A DNA stretch of 64,000 nucleotides from positions 32,001 to 96,000 of IMG/VR virus record IMGVR_UViG_2551306228_000004. One strand, given 5' to 3'. Of this stretch, positions 1 through 9,769 are shown piece after piece (the stretch's first letter is position 1; each line of letters begins with the position of its first letter). A model generated the notes under the pieces. It did not search any database. It was not told the origin of the DNA and saw only the letters and a list, made by a program, of their open reading frames with translations. The DNA comes from a virus. Lineage: Duplodnaviria > Caudoviricetes. Both the position numbers and the translations under genes were made by a program.

Positions 1-72
1 GCTGATAAAATACCTTGTGCCGCTTTCCGTGGATTCCTCCCGAAGCGTGTATGCCTTAACCCTGTATGCCAT
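1..72 (-). CDS. Small hypothetical protein, 5' part only (MAYRVKAYTLREESTESGTRYFIS...), runs off the window
   Basis: ATG at 72 with GGAGG RBS at 81-85; open to position 1; not in the ORF track. Confidence 0.6.
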   Translation of the reverse strand, partial: MAYRVKAYTLREESTESGTRYFIS

Positions 73-155
73 CCTGTTGTCCTCCTGCAAAAAATGAGTG
101 AGGGGATTTCCATCCCTCACCCAGTAGCCCGCAGGATGGCAGGCTGTTTTAGAAG

Positions 156-581
156 CTATAAAATTTTCCGCAGCTTCTTCCGCAGATGGTCTAACCTCGC
201 ATAGATGGCACCAGTCGTCAAATGCACAAGCGGGGCAATCTCCTTTGTGGAATACCCCTGCATTTTCAGCAGGACGATTTTCAAGGTACGCCCGTCCACC
301 GTGACTAATACTTGATAGAGATTTTCGCTCTCAATCTCTTCCAGTAACTCCGCAACCGTACCCACTTCCGCCTGCCGCTCCCTGCCTGCCATGTCCTCAA
401 GATATTCCGCAACGTCATTCGTCCATCGGTAAAACCGCCTGTTGGAATTGAAGTCTGCCCTGTCCGCCATGCGTATCTGCTCAATGGTCGCTTCATCAAC
501 GCCGCACTCACGCAGCAGCTTTTCCTCCGCTTCTTTCCAGATACGCCATTTCCTGTCCTCCCGTCCGTGGTTGTATGCCAT
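156..581 (-). CDS. Sigma-70 region-4 / HTH DNA-binding protein
   Basis: C-terminal GYSTKEIAPLVHLTTGAIYARL HTH; start at MAYNHG behind GGAGG. Confidence 0.75.
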   Translation of the reverse strand: MAYNHGREDRKWRIWKEAEEKLLRECGVDEATIEQIRMADRADFNSNRRFYRWTNDVAEYLEDMAGRERQAEVGTVAELLEEIESENLYQVLVTVDGRTLKIVLLKMQGYSTKEIAPLVHLTTGAIYARLDHLRKKLRKIL

Positions 582-675
582 TCTTACTTCCTCCAATCAG
601 AATTGATTGAGAGGGCAGAGAAAAGCCCCCTCATCTTCCCAAAGGAAAAAACAAGGGGGCTGAACGCCTTAAATT

Positions 676-1188
676 TTAATTTTCTATTATCTTTCTTAGT
701 TTTATTAGGATTCTGGCTTTGCGTTTGTTTACAACGCTCTGGGTTATGCCCAACCTCGCCCCGACTTCACGCTCGGAAAGTCCGTCAAAAAAGATTGCCT
801 GTATCAGCTCCTGTTCACTATCCGACAGCAAAGGCAGGGCGGCTTTCAGCCTGTCCACCATGACCGCATTGACAACGGTTTCTGCAATGTCCACCGCTTC
901 ATCAGTGATAAAGTCCAGAGGATTCCCCTCGCTGTCCGTAAATCCGTCGAGAGATAGCAGTCTATTCTTTGTATCTAATTTTTGCAGATAACGCCACCGT
1001 TCCTTGTCACGGTAGAAGTCTGTGTATTGCTCCCTCACGACTTCAAGCAGACAGCCTTGAATGGGGATAAACAGCTTGTCCATATAGGTCTGGTCGGATT
1101 CCCTGCAACGGCAGAACTCCGTGTAGGATAATTCCACATAGCCGCCACTTTCTCTGATATATACCTTTCTTGGTGCATATTTCACCAT
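676..1188 (-). CDS. Sigma-70 region-4 (ECF-like) regulator
   Basis: LSDSEQELIQAIFFDGLSEREVGARLGITQSVV region-4 HTH; start MVKYAP behind GGAGG. Confidence 0.8.
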   Translation of the reverse strand: MVKYAPRKVYIRESGGYVELSYTEFCRCRESDQTYMDKLFIPIQGCLLEVVREQYTDFYRDKERWRYLQKLDTKNRLLSLDGFTDSEGNPLDFITDEAVDIAETVVNAVMVDRLKAALPLLSDSEQELIQAIFFDGLSEREVGARLGITQSVVNKRKARILIKLRKIIEN

Positions 1189-1623
1189 AAATACCTCCCA
1201 TCTGAATTTTTGAAATGTAAAAAATCCAGATGGAGAGGCGGAGAACGACACCGCATATCAGAAACAGCCCTACGGCACTTTCCAACAAAAATCGACAAAA
1301 GAAAAACCGCAAAGGCTCTGTGACCTTTACGGTTATAGGAAATAGTAATTCTATTGTATGGAGATTGTACTTCTACTTTCAAGGTGAGAAGTACCGTTGC
1401 ACTGGCAGAAATTTTTTTAACTGGTTTCCTGCCGTTCTCTGATATGCTATGTATTGATAAATTTTGCTTCGTATGAGCAGATAGATAACTGCCCGAAAAA
1501 AGGACATAAAAAAATCCCTCCAAATTTAAAAACAAATTCAGAGGGTAATTTAGGGTATAACAAAATAACCCACCCGAATATCGTTTTTTTTATTTGGTGA
1601 GTTTGTTCTTTCAAATACGAAAC

Positions 1624-1670
1624 AAAAAGAGCCGATGATTCGTGAATTGTTCCACAATTTCATCGGCTCT
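1624..1670 (-). terminator. Intrinsic terminator downstream of the tet(O)-cpp2 unit
   Basis: Inverted repeat AGAGCCGATGA (1628-1638) / TCATCGGCTCT (1660-1670) followed by a T-run on the minus strand. Confidence 0.7.
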
Positions 1671-1675
1671 GCGTC

Positions 1676-1849
1676 TTAAGCGTCTGGCTCTTTGATGACA
1701 GTTATCTTCAAGTTGTCAACTTTAATCAATCTTTCTTGTCTGCATTTTGGACAATAAAGGGGATAATTCTCCAAAACAGTGTCCTTCCTAATTTTATTAC
1801 GGGTTTTGCTCCCACAAACAGGACACAATATCCATTCGCATTTCATCAT
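1676..1849 (-). CDS. Cysteine-rich KTR-domain peptide (Cpp2-like), 57 aa
   Basis: Translated by hand: MMKCEWILCPVCGSKTRNKIRKDTVLENYPLYCPKCRQERLIKVDNLKITVIKEPDA; two CxxC motifs plus KTR; typical neighbour of tet(O); missed by the ORF track. Confidence 0.85.
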   Translation of the reverse strand: MMKCEWILCPVCGSKTRNKIRKDTVLENYPLYCPKCRQERLIKVDNLKITVIKEPDA

Positions 1850-1900
1850 AATTAGTCTCTAATCCTTTCAAATCTCATTTTATATGACTTTTGCAAGCTG

Positions 1901-3820
1901 TTAAGCTAACTTGTGGAACATATGCCGAACCTTATCTATACGGCTATTCGGGCGGCGGGGTTGGCAAATAAATTTACCAATAGCTGGCTGGTATCCTTTT
2001 AACTCTGTCAAGCAGACTCCCTGCCCATTTGTGAAATAAGTTAAATCGTTCCTGTATTCTTGAATACATCTAGCAGGGATTTCTCCTTTCAGAATGACCT
2101 CGTCATTCTTTATCTGAGTACTTACAATATCTGCACAATACCTTGGAGCATCATGATACGCCCGTGAGAGATATTCCTGCGGTGCATAAATTTCAAAGTG
2201 GAGATATGGCTCTAATAGTTCTGTCCCTGCTTTTTTTAAAGCCTGCTCCAATACGATAGGGGAAAGCAGCCGAAAGTCTGCGGGGGTACTTACAGGACTA
2301 TAATACAATCCATATTCAAAACAGATTTTACAGTCTGTCACTTTCCATCCATACAGCCCCTGCTCGCAGCCATAAAGAACCCCCTCCATAACCGCATTTT
2401 GGAACGATTGATTTAAATATCCAAGTGAAACTCTGCTTTCATACTGCACTCCGCTTCCAATAGGGAGCGGCTCTATGGACAACCCGACAGAAGCCCAGAA
2501 AGGATTTGGCGGGACTTCTATGTGGATGGTATATTCTGCTTTTCTAAGCGGTCTTTCCATATATATAACAGTAGGCTCTTTTATTTCTGCCTCCACATGA
2601 TATTTTTCCTCAAGGATGGCACAAATGACTTCCATCTGCACATTCCCCAAAAAAGAAAGTATAATCTCATGCGTTGTAGTATCCACATAATATTTTAAAA
2701 GAGGGTCGCCATCTGAAATTTCTGTAAGTGCCCCAAGCAATATTTCCCGCTGTTCAGATTTCTTTACTGCAATCGTTGTTTGGAGCATAGGGAGAGGATT
2801 TTCAATAAATTTTCTCTGCGGCAACAGCATTTCGTTCCCCAAAATACTGTTTAGCTGCAAAACATCATTTGGTAAAATTACAATATCACCAGAGCAGGCT
2901 GTATCGGATGAATATAATTCACCGTTTGTCGGAACACACATCTCTGTGATTTTTATTTTCTCTTTTTCAGATATTTTAATAACATCCCTCAAATGCAATG
3001 TTCCGCTATATATACGCACATAAACAAAACGCCGCCTTTTCTCTGAATATTCAATCTTAAAAACCTGCCCGCATAGTTCAGATTGACCTTCAGGCGTTGA
3101 TGAATAAAACTTACTGGCAATCACTTCTATAAGCTGCCGAATCCCCAGATTGTTTTTAGCACTTCCGTGATAAACGGGAAATAACGTTCCGTTTTGGAAT
3201 CTCCTGTTTTCTTCCTGTTCCAGTTCTGACATTTTAAACGGTTTCCCTGACATATATTTCTCTAATAGTTCATCGTTTCCCATAATTACCGCATCCCACT
3301 GTTCCATATCGTCATTGTCCGTTACATTTATATGGGGATGCTGCCCAACCTTTTGCTTCACTATAATTTCCGAAGAAAGCTTTGCTTTCATTTCTTGATA
3401 TACCATTGGCAAATCAATCCCCTCTTGGTCAATTTTATTGATGAAAAAAATTGTCGGAATCTTCATTGTCTGTAGTGCATGAAACAGTATACGGGTCTGT
3501 GCCTGTATGCCATCCTTTGCAGAAACTAATAATACTGCTCCGTCTAATACGGATAAAGAACGGTATACTTCCGCCAAAAAATCCATATGGCCTGGCGTAT
3601 CTATAATGTTGACTTTTACATCCTCCCACTGAAAAGATGTCACTGCTGTCTGGATAGTGATTCCCCTTTGACGCTCCAAATTCATTGTATCTGTCCTTGT
3701 TGTGCCTTCATCTACGCTCCCTAGTTCTGCAATTGCACCACTGGTATACAATAAACTTTCCGTTAATGTTGTCTTTCCTGCGTCAACGTGAGCCAGAATG
3801 CCTAAGTTAATTATTTTCAT
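1901..3820 (-). CDS. tet(O): Tetracycline ribosomal protection GTPase Tet(O), 639 aa
   Basis: [27 protein letters not shown] GTPase motifs; YYSPVST loop; C-terminus [10 protein letters not shown] as in Tet(O). Confidence 0.95.
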   Translation of the reverse strand: MKIINLGILAHVDAGKTTLTESLLYTSGAIAELGSVDEGTTRTDTMNLERQRGITIQTAVTSFQWEDVKVNIIDTPGHMDFLAEVYRSLSVLDGAVLLVSAKDGIQAQTRILFHALQTMKIPTIFFINKIDQEGIDLPMVYQEMKAKLSSEIIVKQKVGQHPHINVTDNDDMEQWDAVIMGNDELLEKYMSGKPFKMSELEQEENRRFQNGTLFPVYHGSAKNNLGIRQLIEVIASKFYSSTPEGQSELCGQVFKIEYSEKRRRFVYVRIYSGTLHLRDVIKISEKEKIKITEMCVPTNGELYSSDTACSGDIVILPNDVLQLNSILGNEMLLPQRKFIENPLPMLQTTIAVKKSEQREILLGALTEISDGDPLLKYYVDTTTHEIILSFLGNVQMEVICAILEEKYHVEAEIKEPTVIYMERPLRKAEYTIHIEVPPNPFWASVGLSIEPLPIGSGVQYESRVSLGYLNQSFQNAVMEGVLYGCEQGLYGWKVTDCKICFEYGLYYSPVSTPADFRLLSPIVLEQALKKAGTELLEPYLHFEIYAPQEYLSRAYHDAPRYCADIVSTQIKNDEVILKGEIPARCIQEYRNDLTYFTNGQGVCLTELKGYQPAIGKFICQPRRPNSRIDKVRHMFHKLA

Positions 3821-3918
3821 GTGATTTTCCTCCTATCAACACCCAAAAAAGGGCATAAAAATACCCAGTGATAAATACTCCTATCACTGGGTAAATAACT
3901 CCAATAGCCCCAAAACAC
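3817..3918 (-). CDS. Putative tet leader peptide (33 aa, [33 protein letters not shown]) spanning an attenuator hairpin
   Basis: PSDRSIYHW resembles the Tn916 orf12 leader (PSDKSIYHW); hairpin ACCCAGTGATA/TATCACTGGGT at ~3863-3892; TGA overlaps the tet(O) ATG. Confidence 0.5.
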   Translation of the reverse strand: MFWGYWSYLPSDRSIYHWVFLCPFLGVDRRKIT

Positions 3919-4100
3919 TTATATGTTTTCGGGCATATAAAATTACATGATAAAAGTATTCTTAAACTGGGTACAAAAAACTAAGCCCCATATTAAAAGT
4001 GAAACGGGACTGCTACTTTTTGTTCCCACTATCAAATTGACAGTTTATTTTAGAATACCTTGCCGCATATTTATTAACTCCTTGTATAATACTGAATCTA

Positions 4101-4129
4101 ATTATATTCCTTAACCCTTTATTTGTCAA
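4101..4129 (-). promoter_or_regulatory. Consensus sigma-70 promoter for tet(O)
   Basis: TTGACA (4129-4124), 17 nt, TATAAT (4106-4101); the -35 lies in the inverted repeat TTTGTCA/TGACAAA. Confidence 0.85.
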
Positions 4130-4186
4130 GCTGACAAACTAAAGCAGAAAAAGCGGCAGGATTTCCCCCTGCCACTAATCATCTGT

Positions 4187-4561
4187 TTATGCAAAAATAA
4201 TTTCCTTTTCCACAATCTCCCTCGCACAAGCCCTTATGTTATTGAGGCATCCTGTCCATTCTAAGGCGTTTTCTGCCTTTAGCTGTTCCGTTATGCCCTG
4301 TGCCTGTTTCATACCCTCTATGAGCCTTTCAAAGCGTTCCTGTGCCTGTCTGTTGATGTCGGCAAGGTAGGCGTTTAGCCTGCCGCTTGTAAGAAGATTG
4401 GTGTATGTAACTTTACGGTACTGTTTTAGATAATCTAAATGCCGTTGCCCCCAGATGCCTATTGCCTGTTCTTCTTCGGCGGGTACAGTTAAGCACGGTA
4501 TCAAATAATCCCCTTGCCTTTCGTATTTGCCGCCCAGTTCCTCAAATAATGATTTTGCCAT
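4187..4561 (-). CDS. tnpV: TnpV-family protein
   Basis: GDYLIPCLT...IGIWGQRHLDYLK...GITEQLKAENALEW signature; followed by a GGCAGG/CCTGCC terminator hairpin at 4155-4173. Confidence 0.85.
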   Translation of the reverse strand: MAKSLFEELGGKYERQGDYLIPCLTVPAEEEQAIGIWGQRHLDYLKQYRKVTYTNLLTSGRLNAYLADINRQAQERFERLIEGMKQAQGITEQLKAENALEWTGCLNNIRACAREIVEKEIIFA

Positions 4562-5232
4562 TGTCTGTTACCTCCACATTCTTTTTTATTTTGAATGTCC
4601 GCAAAATCCGTCCTACATCCTTGGATCGTTGGTATGCTGGAATTTGCACCATCTGTGGCTTCTTTAATGTCCTCTAGTTTTCCATTCCAAATGGTCAACT
4701 GATTAACCAGGAGCTTGTCGGAAACTTTGGAGTAGGATAACATAACCGTCTTGGTTTCTGTTTGAGAGGTTCGCTGTTGTTGCTCACTCAAATCAGATAC
4801 ATAGGTCACTTGATAGGTAACTTCCGCAAGTGCAACATTACTTTCTGTATTGACATAGATACTGGCTGATTCAAATCGGTAGTCAAGCATATAGTCTTTA
4901 TAAACTTGATTGATCGCTTTATTCTGATTTGCTTCCTCTTCTGAAAATGCCGAGTCCGTCATGTAGGGTTTGATACGAGCGTTATTTTCACCCAGCTGGA
5001 CCTTGGTGAAATATTGAGTGAGAAATTCATTGACAAGCTCATCTGATAGGACTGTCGCTCTTTCCTCCTGCTTTTTCTTTGACACAAGTTTATTGGCTTC
5101 TGCTCGTATTTGGTTCTCTGTTTGCTTTGAAATGGTTTGTGAGCCAATCGTGTAGCCAATCATGACCATAAAACTGACTGCGATTAAACCTCCTAATCCA
5201 ATCAGAAATCGAGCTTTCACTTTATTTAACAT
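4501..5232 (-). CDS. ICE core membrane protein (usually annotated peptidyl-prolyl isomerase-like) whose native C-terminus appears replaced by cassette sequence
   Basis: N-terminal TM helix; conserved position after SNF2 and two small genes; tail CRTDFADIQ... overlaps tnpV. Confidence 0.65.
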   Translation of the reverse strand: MLNKVKARFLIGLGGLIAVSFMVMIGYTIGSQTISKQTENQIRAEANKLVSKKKQEERATVLSDELVNEFLTQYFTKVQLGENNARIKPYMTDSAFSEEEANQNKAINQVYKDYMLDYRFESASIYVNTESNVALAEVTYQVTYVSDLSEQQQRTSQTETKTVMLSYSKVSDKLLVNQLTIWNGKLEDIKEATDGANSSIPTIQGCRTDFADIQNKKECGGNRQWQNHYLRNWAANTKGKGII

Positions 5233-5260
5233 GGCTTACTCCTCTATTAGTGATAGCTTC

Positions 5261-5295
5261 ATCATATCAAGATTAGCTTGGAGATTTTATCACAA
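5261..5295 (-). promoter_or_regulatory. ICE promoter motif copy 1 (TTGTGATA-N7-CAAG-N10-TATGAT)
   Basis: ttgtgata aaatctc caag ctaatcttga tatgat, upstream of ORF 5232. Confidence 0.6.
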
Positions 5296-5326
5296 GAAAA
5301 AGGACTACCAGTAGGTAATCCCCATG

Positions 5327-5617
5327 TTAAACGATTCTATTTCTCCACCACCTCATACTTAAGCTAATAGCAAGAAATAAATTCAATGCAATATAAAATC
5401 CAGTGAAACTCCATATGCCATTAGCTGCTAAATCTTCTGAATATAGGTGTCTTTCTGTGAAGAATAGGTAAATTCCATATATTTCAATAAAGACTAATCC
5501 ACTGATGAGTCCGATAAGAAATAAAGCACCTGAAACTTTCACAATCCGATAAAGGACAAACAACATCAGTCCTATTGCTGCGATAATCAAAAGGCTTTGT
5601 AGAATTTGCTCCAACAT
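5327..5617 (-). CDS. Small ICE core membrane protein
   Basis: 96 aa with about three hydrophobic segments; RBS GAGG. Confidence 0.75.
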   Translation of the reverse strand: MLEQILQSLLIIAAIGLMLFVLYRIVKVSGALFLIGLISGLVFIEIYGIYLFFTERHLYSEDLAANGIWSFTGFYIALNLFLAISLSMRWWRNRIV

Positions 5618-5630
5618 CTTACACCTCTTT

Positions 5631-5930
5631 CTAGGCTAATTGCTTGCGATAATAGTCAGCCTGTCTCTTGTCTAAATCATCAAGTTGGGCAACCAAATCA
5701 AGGTATTCTGCCTTCGTCACCTCATCTAAGTTTGGAAAATCATTCTCACGACTTGTGATGATGAGTTCCAGCTGTCCAGTGATTTCACGCTTTGAAAAGC
5801 TATAATCAAGAGTTTCATCTTCATACTGTTCCTTTAAAGCTTGGTAGTTGGCTCTATCCTCTGGGCTTGTAAAACCTTGTGCCAACCATTGTTCAAGTTG
5901 ATAACGTATTTCTTCTACTGTTTTGGTCAT
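5631..5930 (-). CDS. Conserved ICE hypothetical protein (acidic, 99 aa)
   Basis: ATG with AAGGAG RBS; usual position downstream of SNF2. Confidence 0.75.
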   Translation of the reverse strand: MTKTVEEIRYQLEQWLAQGFTSPEDRANYQALKEQYEDETLDYSFSKREITGQLELIITSRENDFPNLDEVTKAEYLDLVAQLDDLDKRQADYYRKQLA

Positions 5931-6000
5931 GGTCTGTGCTCCTTATGTGATTTCTTGACTTCATTTTACCGCGTTCAAAAATATTTGTCAGCCATTTTTC

Positions 6001-7374
6001 TTATATCTCGAGTACTACTTGTTGCTTCATTTGGGGTGTTGTATCTTCACTAAACTTGGCCAAAGCCGCATCAATCTCCTCTATCTCTGCTTCTTTTTCA
6101 ACCAAGGGAGCCAAAACATCATACTTAGCCATTACAAGCTGATATTCCTCTTCCTTGGGAAAGATTTTCTCAACTTCTACTTTGGCTACTTGTAGCTTAT
6201 CTTTTAAATCCTTTACCAGCTCTTGTGTCTTTTCTTGGTCATCTATAATATGGTCAATGGCATTACTGATCCGTTGAATGGTTCCCACGTCTGATTTCAA
6301 ATCAAGGGCGACTGTATATTGGTTATCGCCTACAATCATCAAAGAAACAGTCTCTGGCAAAGGCTCACTAGGACCTCGTGTAGTCATTTTTAAATCAAAT
6401 CCTCTAAAGCTGGCAAGTGTTTTGACTTCCTTGGTATCTGAGCGGTTATAGGTAATGAGTTTTCGCAGGTAGTCTCCTGCTTCTGCACGATTATTCATTG
6501 CTTGATTGTCAAATCGCATGACAAAATCTTGCGACTTTGTTGCCAAAGATTGGGCAATATCTTTATCATATTGACTCAACCGTTTTTCCATGATAGGGAG
6601 GTGCTTCTCGCAATAGGAAACAGTGTGACGGTATTCATCTTTTGAGCGATTAAAAGCTCGTTTTTGATTTTCTAACACTGTCAGTTCATTTTCCAATTCC
6701 ATTTTGAGTTTGAGATAGGGATTACCAGTGGCTAAAGCCTTAAAGTCTGATGCGGTCATGGTTTGTTCATCAATATCTTCTGCTGATCTCACAGGATCTT
6801 TTGAAGTCATAATCTGAGTGATGTATTTGAGCTTATTCTCCTGTGTCTGCCAAAGGTAATTGTCAAAGCTCCCTTTTGTAATATAGTGATAAATATCTAC
6901 CTCCTGGTGCATGTTTCCCTGACGTATCAGTCGTCCATTTCGCTGTACAATATCTGAGGGACGCCAAGGAACATCTAAGTGGTGGACAGCTTTCATGCGT
7001 GATTGTACGTTTAGACCAGTTCCACCTTTTTCCGTAGAAGCCATGAGAATCCGCACTTCACCACTATTGACCTTTCGTGACAGTGAGTTTTTCTTCTCAT
7101 CAGTATTGGCATCATGGACAAAGGCAATTTGTTCCTTTGGAATACCTCGATCGACTAGCAAGTCCTTAAGTTCATTGTAGACATCAAAACCCTCTTCCTT
7201 ACTTTTAGGGGTACCAATATCAGAGAAAATCATCTGTGTGGCTTTGTCTCCAGCTCCTTCACGGTAAATCCGCTCGACATTATCGACCACTTGAAGGATT
7301 TTCTGATTATCTGATAAATTATAAGCAGGGTCAATCAACCGCATATCAATGGCTAGTTTTCTGGCTTCACCTGT
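6001..7374 (-). CDS. SNF2 helicase/N6-methylase gene, exon 2 (helicase C-terminal domain)
   Basis: Begins ACA GGT GAA GCC AGA (TGEAR) immediately after the intron 3' end; helicase motifs TGLNVQ and QRNGRLIRQGN. Confidence 0.9.
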   Translation of the reverse strand, partial: TGEARKLAIDMRLIDPAYNLSDNQKILQVVDNVERIYREGAGDKATQMIFSDIGTPKSKEEGFDVYNELKDLLVDRGIPKEQIAFVHDANTDEKKNSLSRKVNSGEVRILMASTEKGGTGLNVQSRMKAVHHLDVPWRPSDIVQRNGRLIRQGNMHQEVDIYHYITKGSFDNYLWQTQENKLKYITQIMTSKDPVRSAEDIDEQTMTASDFKALATGNPYLKLKMELENELTVLENQKRAFNRSKDEYRHTVSYCEKHLPIMEKRLSQYDKDIAQSLATKSQDFVMRFDNQAMNNRAEAGDYLRKLITYNRSDTKEVKTLASFRGFDLKMTTRGPSEPLPETVSLMIVGDNQYTVALDLKSDVGTIQRISNAIDHIIDDQEKTQELVKDLKDKLQVAKVEVEKIFPKEEEYQLVMAKYDVLAPLVEKEAEIEEIDAALAKFSEDTTPQMKQQVVLEI

Positions 7375-7432
7375 GTAGGGTAGGATACTAGCGAGGTAGT
7401 CATTGCGACCCCTTTTCCATTATCCCCCCACC

Positions 7433-7466
7433 GAACCGGACATGATACTTTCGCATCATCCGGCTC
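7433..7466 (-). ncRNA. Group II intron catalytic domain V
   Basis: GAGCCGGATGATGCGAAAGTATCATGTCCGGTTC: AGC triad, GAAA tetraloop, 34-nt hairpin. Confidence 0.9.
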
Positions 7467-7481
7467 TCCAGTAATTTCATT

Positions 7482-9269
7482 TCATAAACGTGTATTTATT
7501 GAACCATTATGTATCGCATGGTGACAATCCCGACAGGTCACTAGCGTTTTTCGACGTCTTGCTGACATGACTTCTTTCCACTTTGGAACTAATTTCCCAT
7601 TGTGTTTGTTCAAGTCTGCTAATTTTCTGATATGATGTACCTCTATGTTCTCCTCACTTCCACATAGCTCACACTTATTTGCGAGTAATCGCTTGATAAG
7701 CTCTGTTCGACCACCATAAACTTGATACGGAGCATCTTCTATTACAGTTTTCTTTTTATAAGAAAGTGAAATGCCACCCCACGTTGCAACTAGAGGAGGT
7801 TTATCTTCTCGAGGCACAACTACCTGTAAACACGGCACAGTTCGGCCATTCGTGCTAGTTGTGGTAGTCTTATATTTAGCTAACATTTTATTAATGGATG
7901 ACTTATGTTTAAATGCTAATGTTTTAAGGAGTGATGTTTCCATATACCAATAGACTTTTGAGAACCATGACAAATTTTGTGCCAATATATAATATTGAAC
8001 CAGCCCTCTATATTCTTGTTGGTAAGTTTGAACGATACTAAAGTCATCATCCTGCAATAAGTTATTACGATGAATAGCTTTACCATTTTTCATGTATTGG
8101 CGGCATTTGCTTTCAATAACTGATGCAGGTACAAATAATGCGATAACACCATTGGCACTCCGTCTCCCTTTGTTATCAATATAATCATTGACACGTTGTG
8201 CTTTTATCTCATATCCCAGAAATTTAGCTGATTCTCCAGTCGCATGGGTAATCAAAGTCTTTTCTTGAGAAAGTTCCAAAGATAACTTAGTATTTAAAAA
8301 GTCTCCAATTTGCTTCTTTATAGCCTTTGCCTCAGCTTTTGAACCTGTAAAGCCTAGAATAAAGTCATCCGCATACCGAACATATCTTAATCTCCGATAG
8401 CTGGTATCATAAGTATCAACTGAAGGGAGATTTCTTCTCTCAACAATTAACTGATGAGCTTTTTTATAATCTCCTTTATCCTGATAGCATTTAATTCTTC
8501 TACTCAAACGATTATAGGCTGAGTTTGCTTTCTGCTTTTTACCTCTTGTATATTGAGGTATCAGTTCTTCACCGACCCACTTATCAAATTGATGTAAATA
8601 GATATTAGCTAATAAAGGACTAATAACTCCACCTTGCGGTGTTCCACTAATAGTCTTGTGAAACTTCCAATCATCAAGATATCCTGCCTCAAGCATATTT
8701 TTGATAAGCCTAATAAACCGACCATCCTGAATTTGTCTAGACAACATAGTGATTAATACATCGTGGTCAATCGTGTCAAAATAACTAGAGATATCTCCTT
8801 CTATGAACCAACGTGTCCCTTTCCAAGTCTGAATTTCTTGTAAAGCTGTATGACACCCTCTTTTTGGTCTAAAACCATGAGAATGTTCACTAAATTGTGG
8901 CTCATAATAGGCTTCTAATATCATGCGAATCACTTCCTGAAGAAGTTTATCACTCCATACTGGTATTCCCAAAGGACGGTGTTTTCCATTCTTTTTAGGA
9001 ATGTACTCTCTCCTAGCTGGTCTCCAGTAATAGGTTTCTCGTCTTAATTGTTCAATAATCCTATCTATTTTTTGAATAGACATACCATCAATCGTTTCCT
9101 CTGTAACACCCTTTGTCATTGCTCCGTTATTCGGGTATAACTTTGCATAGGCTATTAGATACAATTCACGATTAAATAGTAATTTATAAACCCTTTCAAG
9201 TGGTTTATCTTGTTTTCCACGTTCATGAATGACTGTTAAAATAGTTTTGGCTGTACGCATCTCACGCAC
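7482..9269 (-). CDS. ltrA: Intron-encoded reverse transcriptase/maturase/HNH endonuclease
   Basis: RPLGIP, SHGFRP, GTPQGG, RYADD, maturase X domain, C-terminal CELC...HH...CRDCH. Confidence 0.93.
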   Translation of the reverse strand: MREMRTAKTILTVIHERGKQDKPLERVYKLLFNRELYLIAYAKLYPNNGAMTKGVTEETIDGMSIQKIDRIIEQLRRETYYWRPARREYIPKKNGKHRPLGIPVWSDKLLQEVIRMILEAYYEPQFSEHSHGFRPKRGCHTALQEIQTWKGTRWFIEGDISSYFDTIDHDVLITMLSRQIQDGRFIRLIKNMLEAGYLDDWKFHKTISGTPQGGVISPLLANIYLHQFDKWVGEELIPQYTRGKKQKANSAYNRLSRRIKCYQDKGDYKKAHQLIVERRNLPSVDTYDTSYRRLRYVRYADDFILGFTGSKAEAKAIKKQIGDFLNTKLSLELSQEKTLITHATGESAKFLGYEIKAQRVNDYIDNKGRRSANGVIALFVPASVIESKCRQYMKNGKAIHRNNLLQDDDFSIVQTYQQEYRGLVQYYILAQNLSWFSKVYWYMETSLLKTLAFKHKSSINKMLAKYKTTTTSTNGRTVPCLQVVVPREDKPPLVATWGGISLSYKKKTVIEDAPYQVYGGRTELIKRLLANKCELCGSEENIEVHHIRKLADLNKHNGKLVPKWKEVMSARRRKTLVTCRDCHHAIHNGSINTRL

Positions 9270-9769
9270 CTAATCCTTTCTAACTAATCGAAATTACCTG
9301 TCACCCTTCGCCATGTACAAGGTTTTCCCTTGCTCAAACTACTACGGTGACTCCGTTACCATAAGGGTCTCCCCTCTTAGGCAATCCTGCTATTCGTTAA
9401 AAATGTACGTTCTAGTAACCCTTAGGTTCCTCACTCATTCCTTTATTCATACTTATCGTATGCTCTTTTACTGTAGAAAGTTATTCGTCCAAAATCACAA
9501 CAACGAATATACAGTAACATCGGTCTCAGTTACTTTCCGATGGGCGATGCTTTGCACCTAGTCAGAATTGATGTTCAAGCAGTTTAGCCTTAACCATAGG
9601 TTACGGAACTTGCGGCACATCAAAGCGTTGTAACTCACTCCTTATCCGCTTTACTAACATGCTATTGTCCCCTTTGGGTTTCCCCGCTAGGTTAGTTAGT
9701 TGTTCCTATTATTTACTTTCAATAATATCCCTCTGCGAGGGAGATACATTTTTACGCTTAACAGCGCAC

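Larger units (their letters stand above)
1..4618 (-). mobile_element. tet(O) cargo cassette (IME/CIME-like, probably of Clostridiales origin) inserted in an ICE core gene; right boundary approximate
   Basis: tnpV, tet(O), Cys-rich KTR peptide and sigma-70 region-4 genes; the ICE ORF 4501..5232 appears to switch to unrelated sequence after IPTIQG. Confidence 0.75.
7375..9769 (-). mobile_element. Group II intron (IIA, Ll.LtrB-like), 2395 nt
   Basis: 5' GTGCG at 9769; 3' ...CCCTAC at 7375; domain V at 7433-7466; removal restores MLKI|TGEAR in frame. Confidence 0.95.

Noticed and set aside
1901-3820. Mosaic tet(O/W/32/O) allele
   Set aside because: The protein reads as Tet(O)-like throughout by eye; no obvious Tet(W) segment. 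An alignment would be needed to exclude a short mosaic patch.
7482-9269. Reverse transcriptase as part of a retron, DGR, Abi-RT or CRISPR-RT system
   Set aside because: It has maturase and HNH domains and sits within clear group II intron boundaries with domain V and EBS/IBS pairing.
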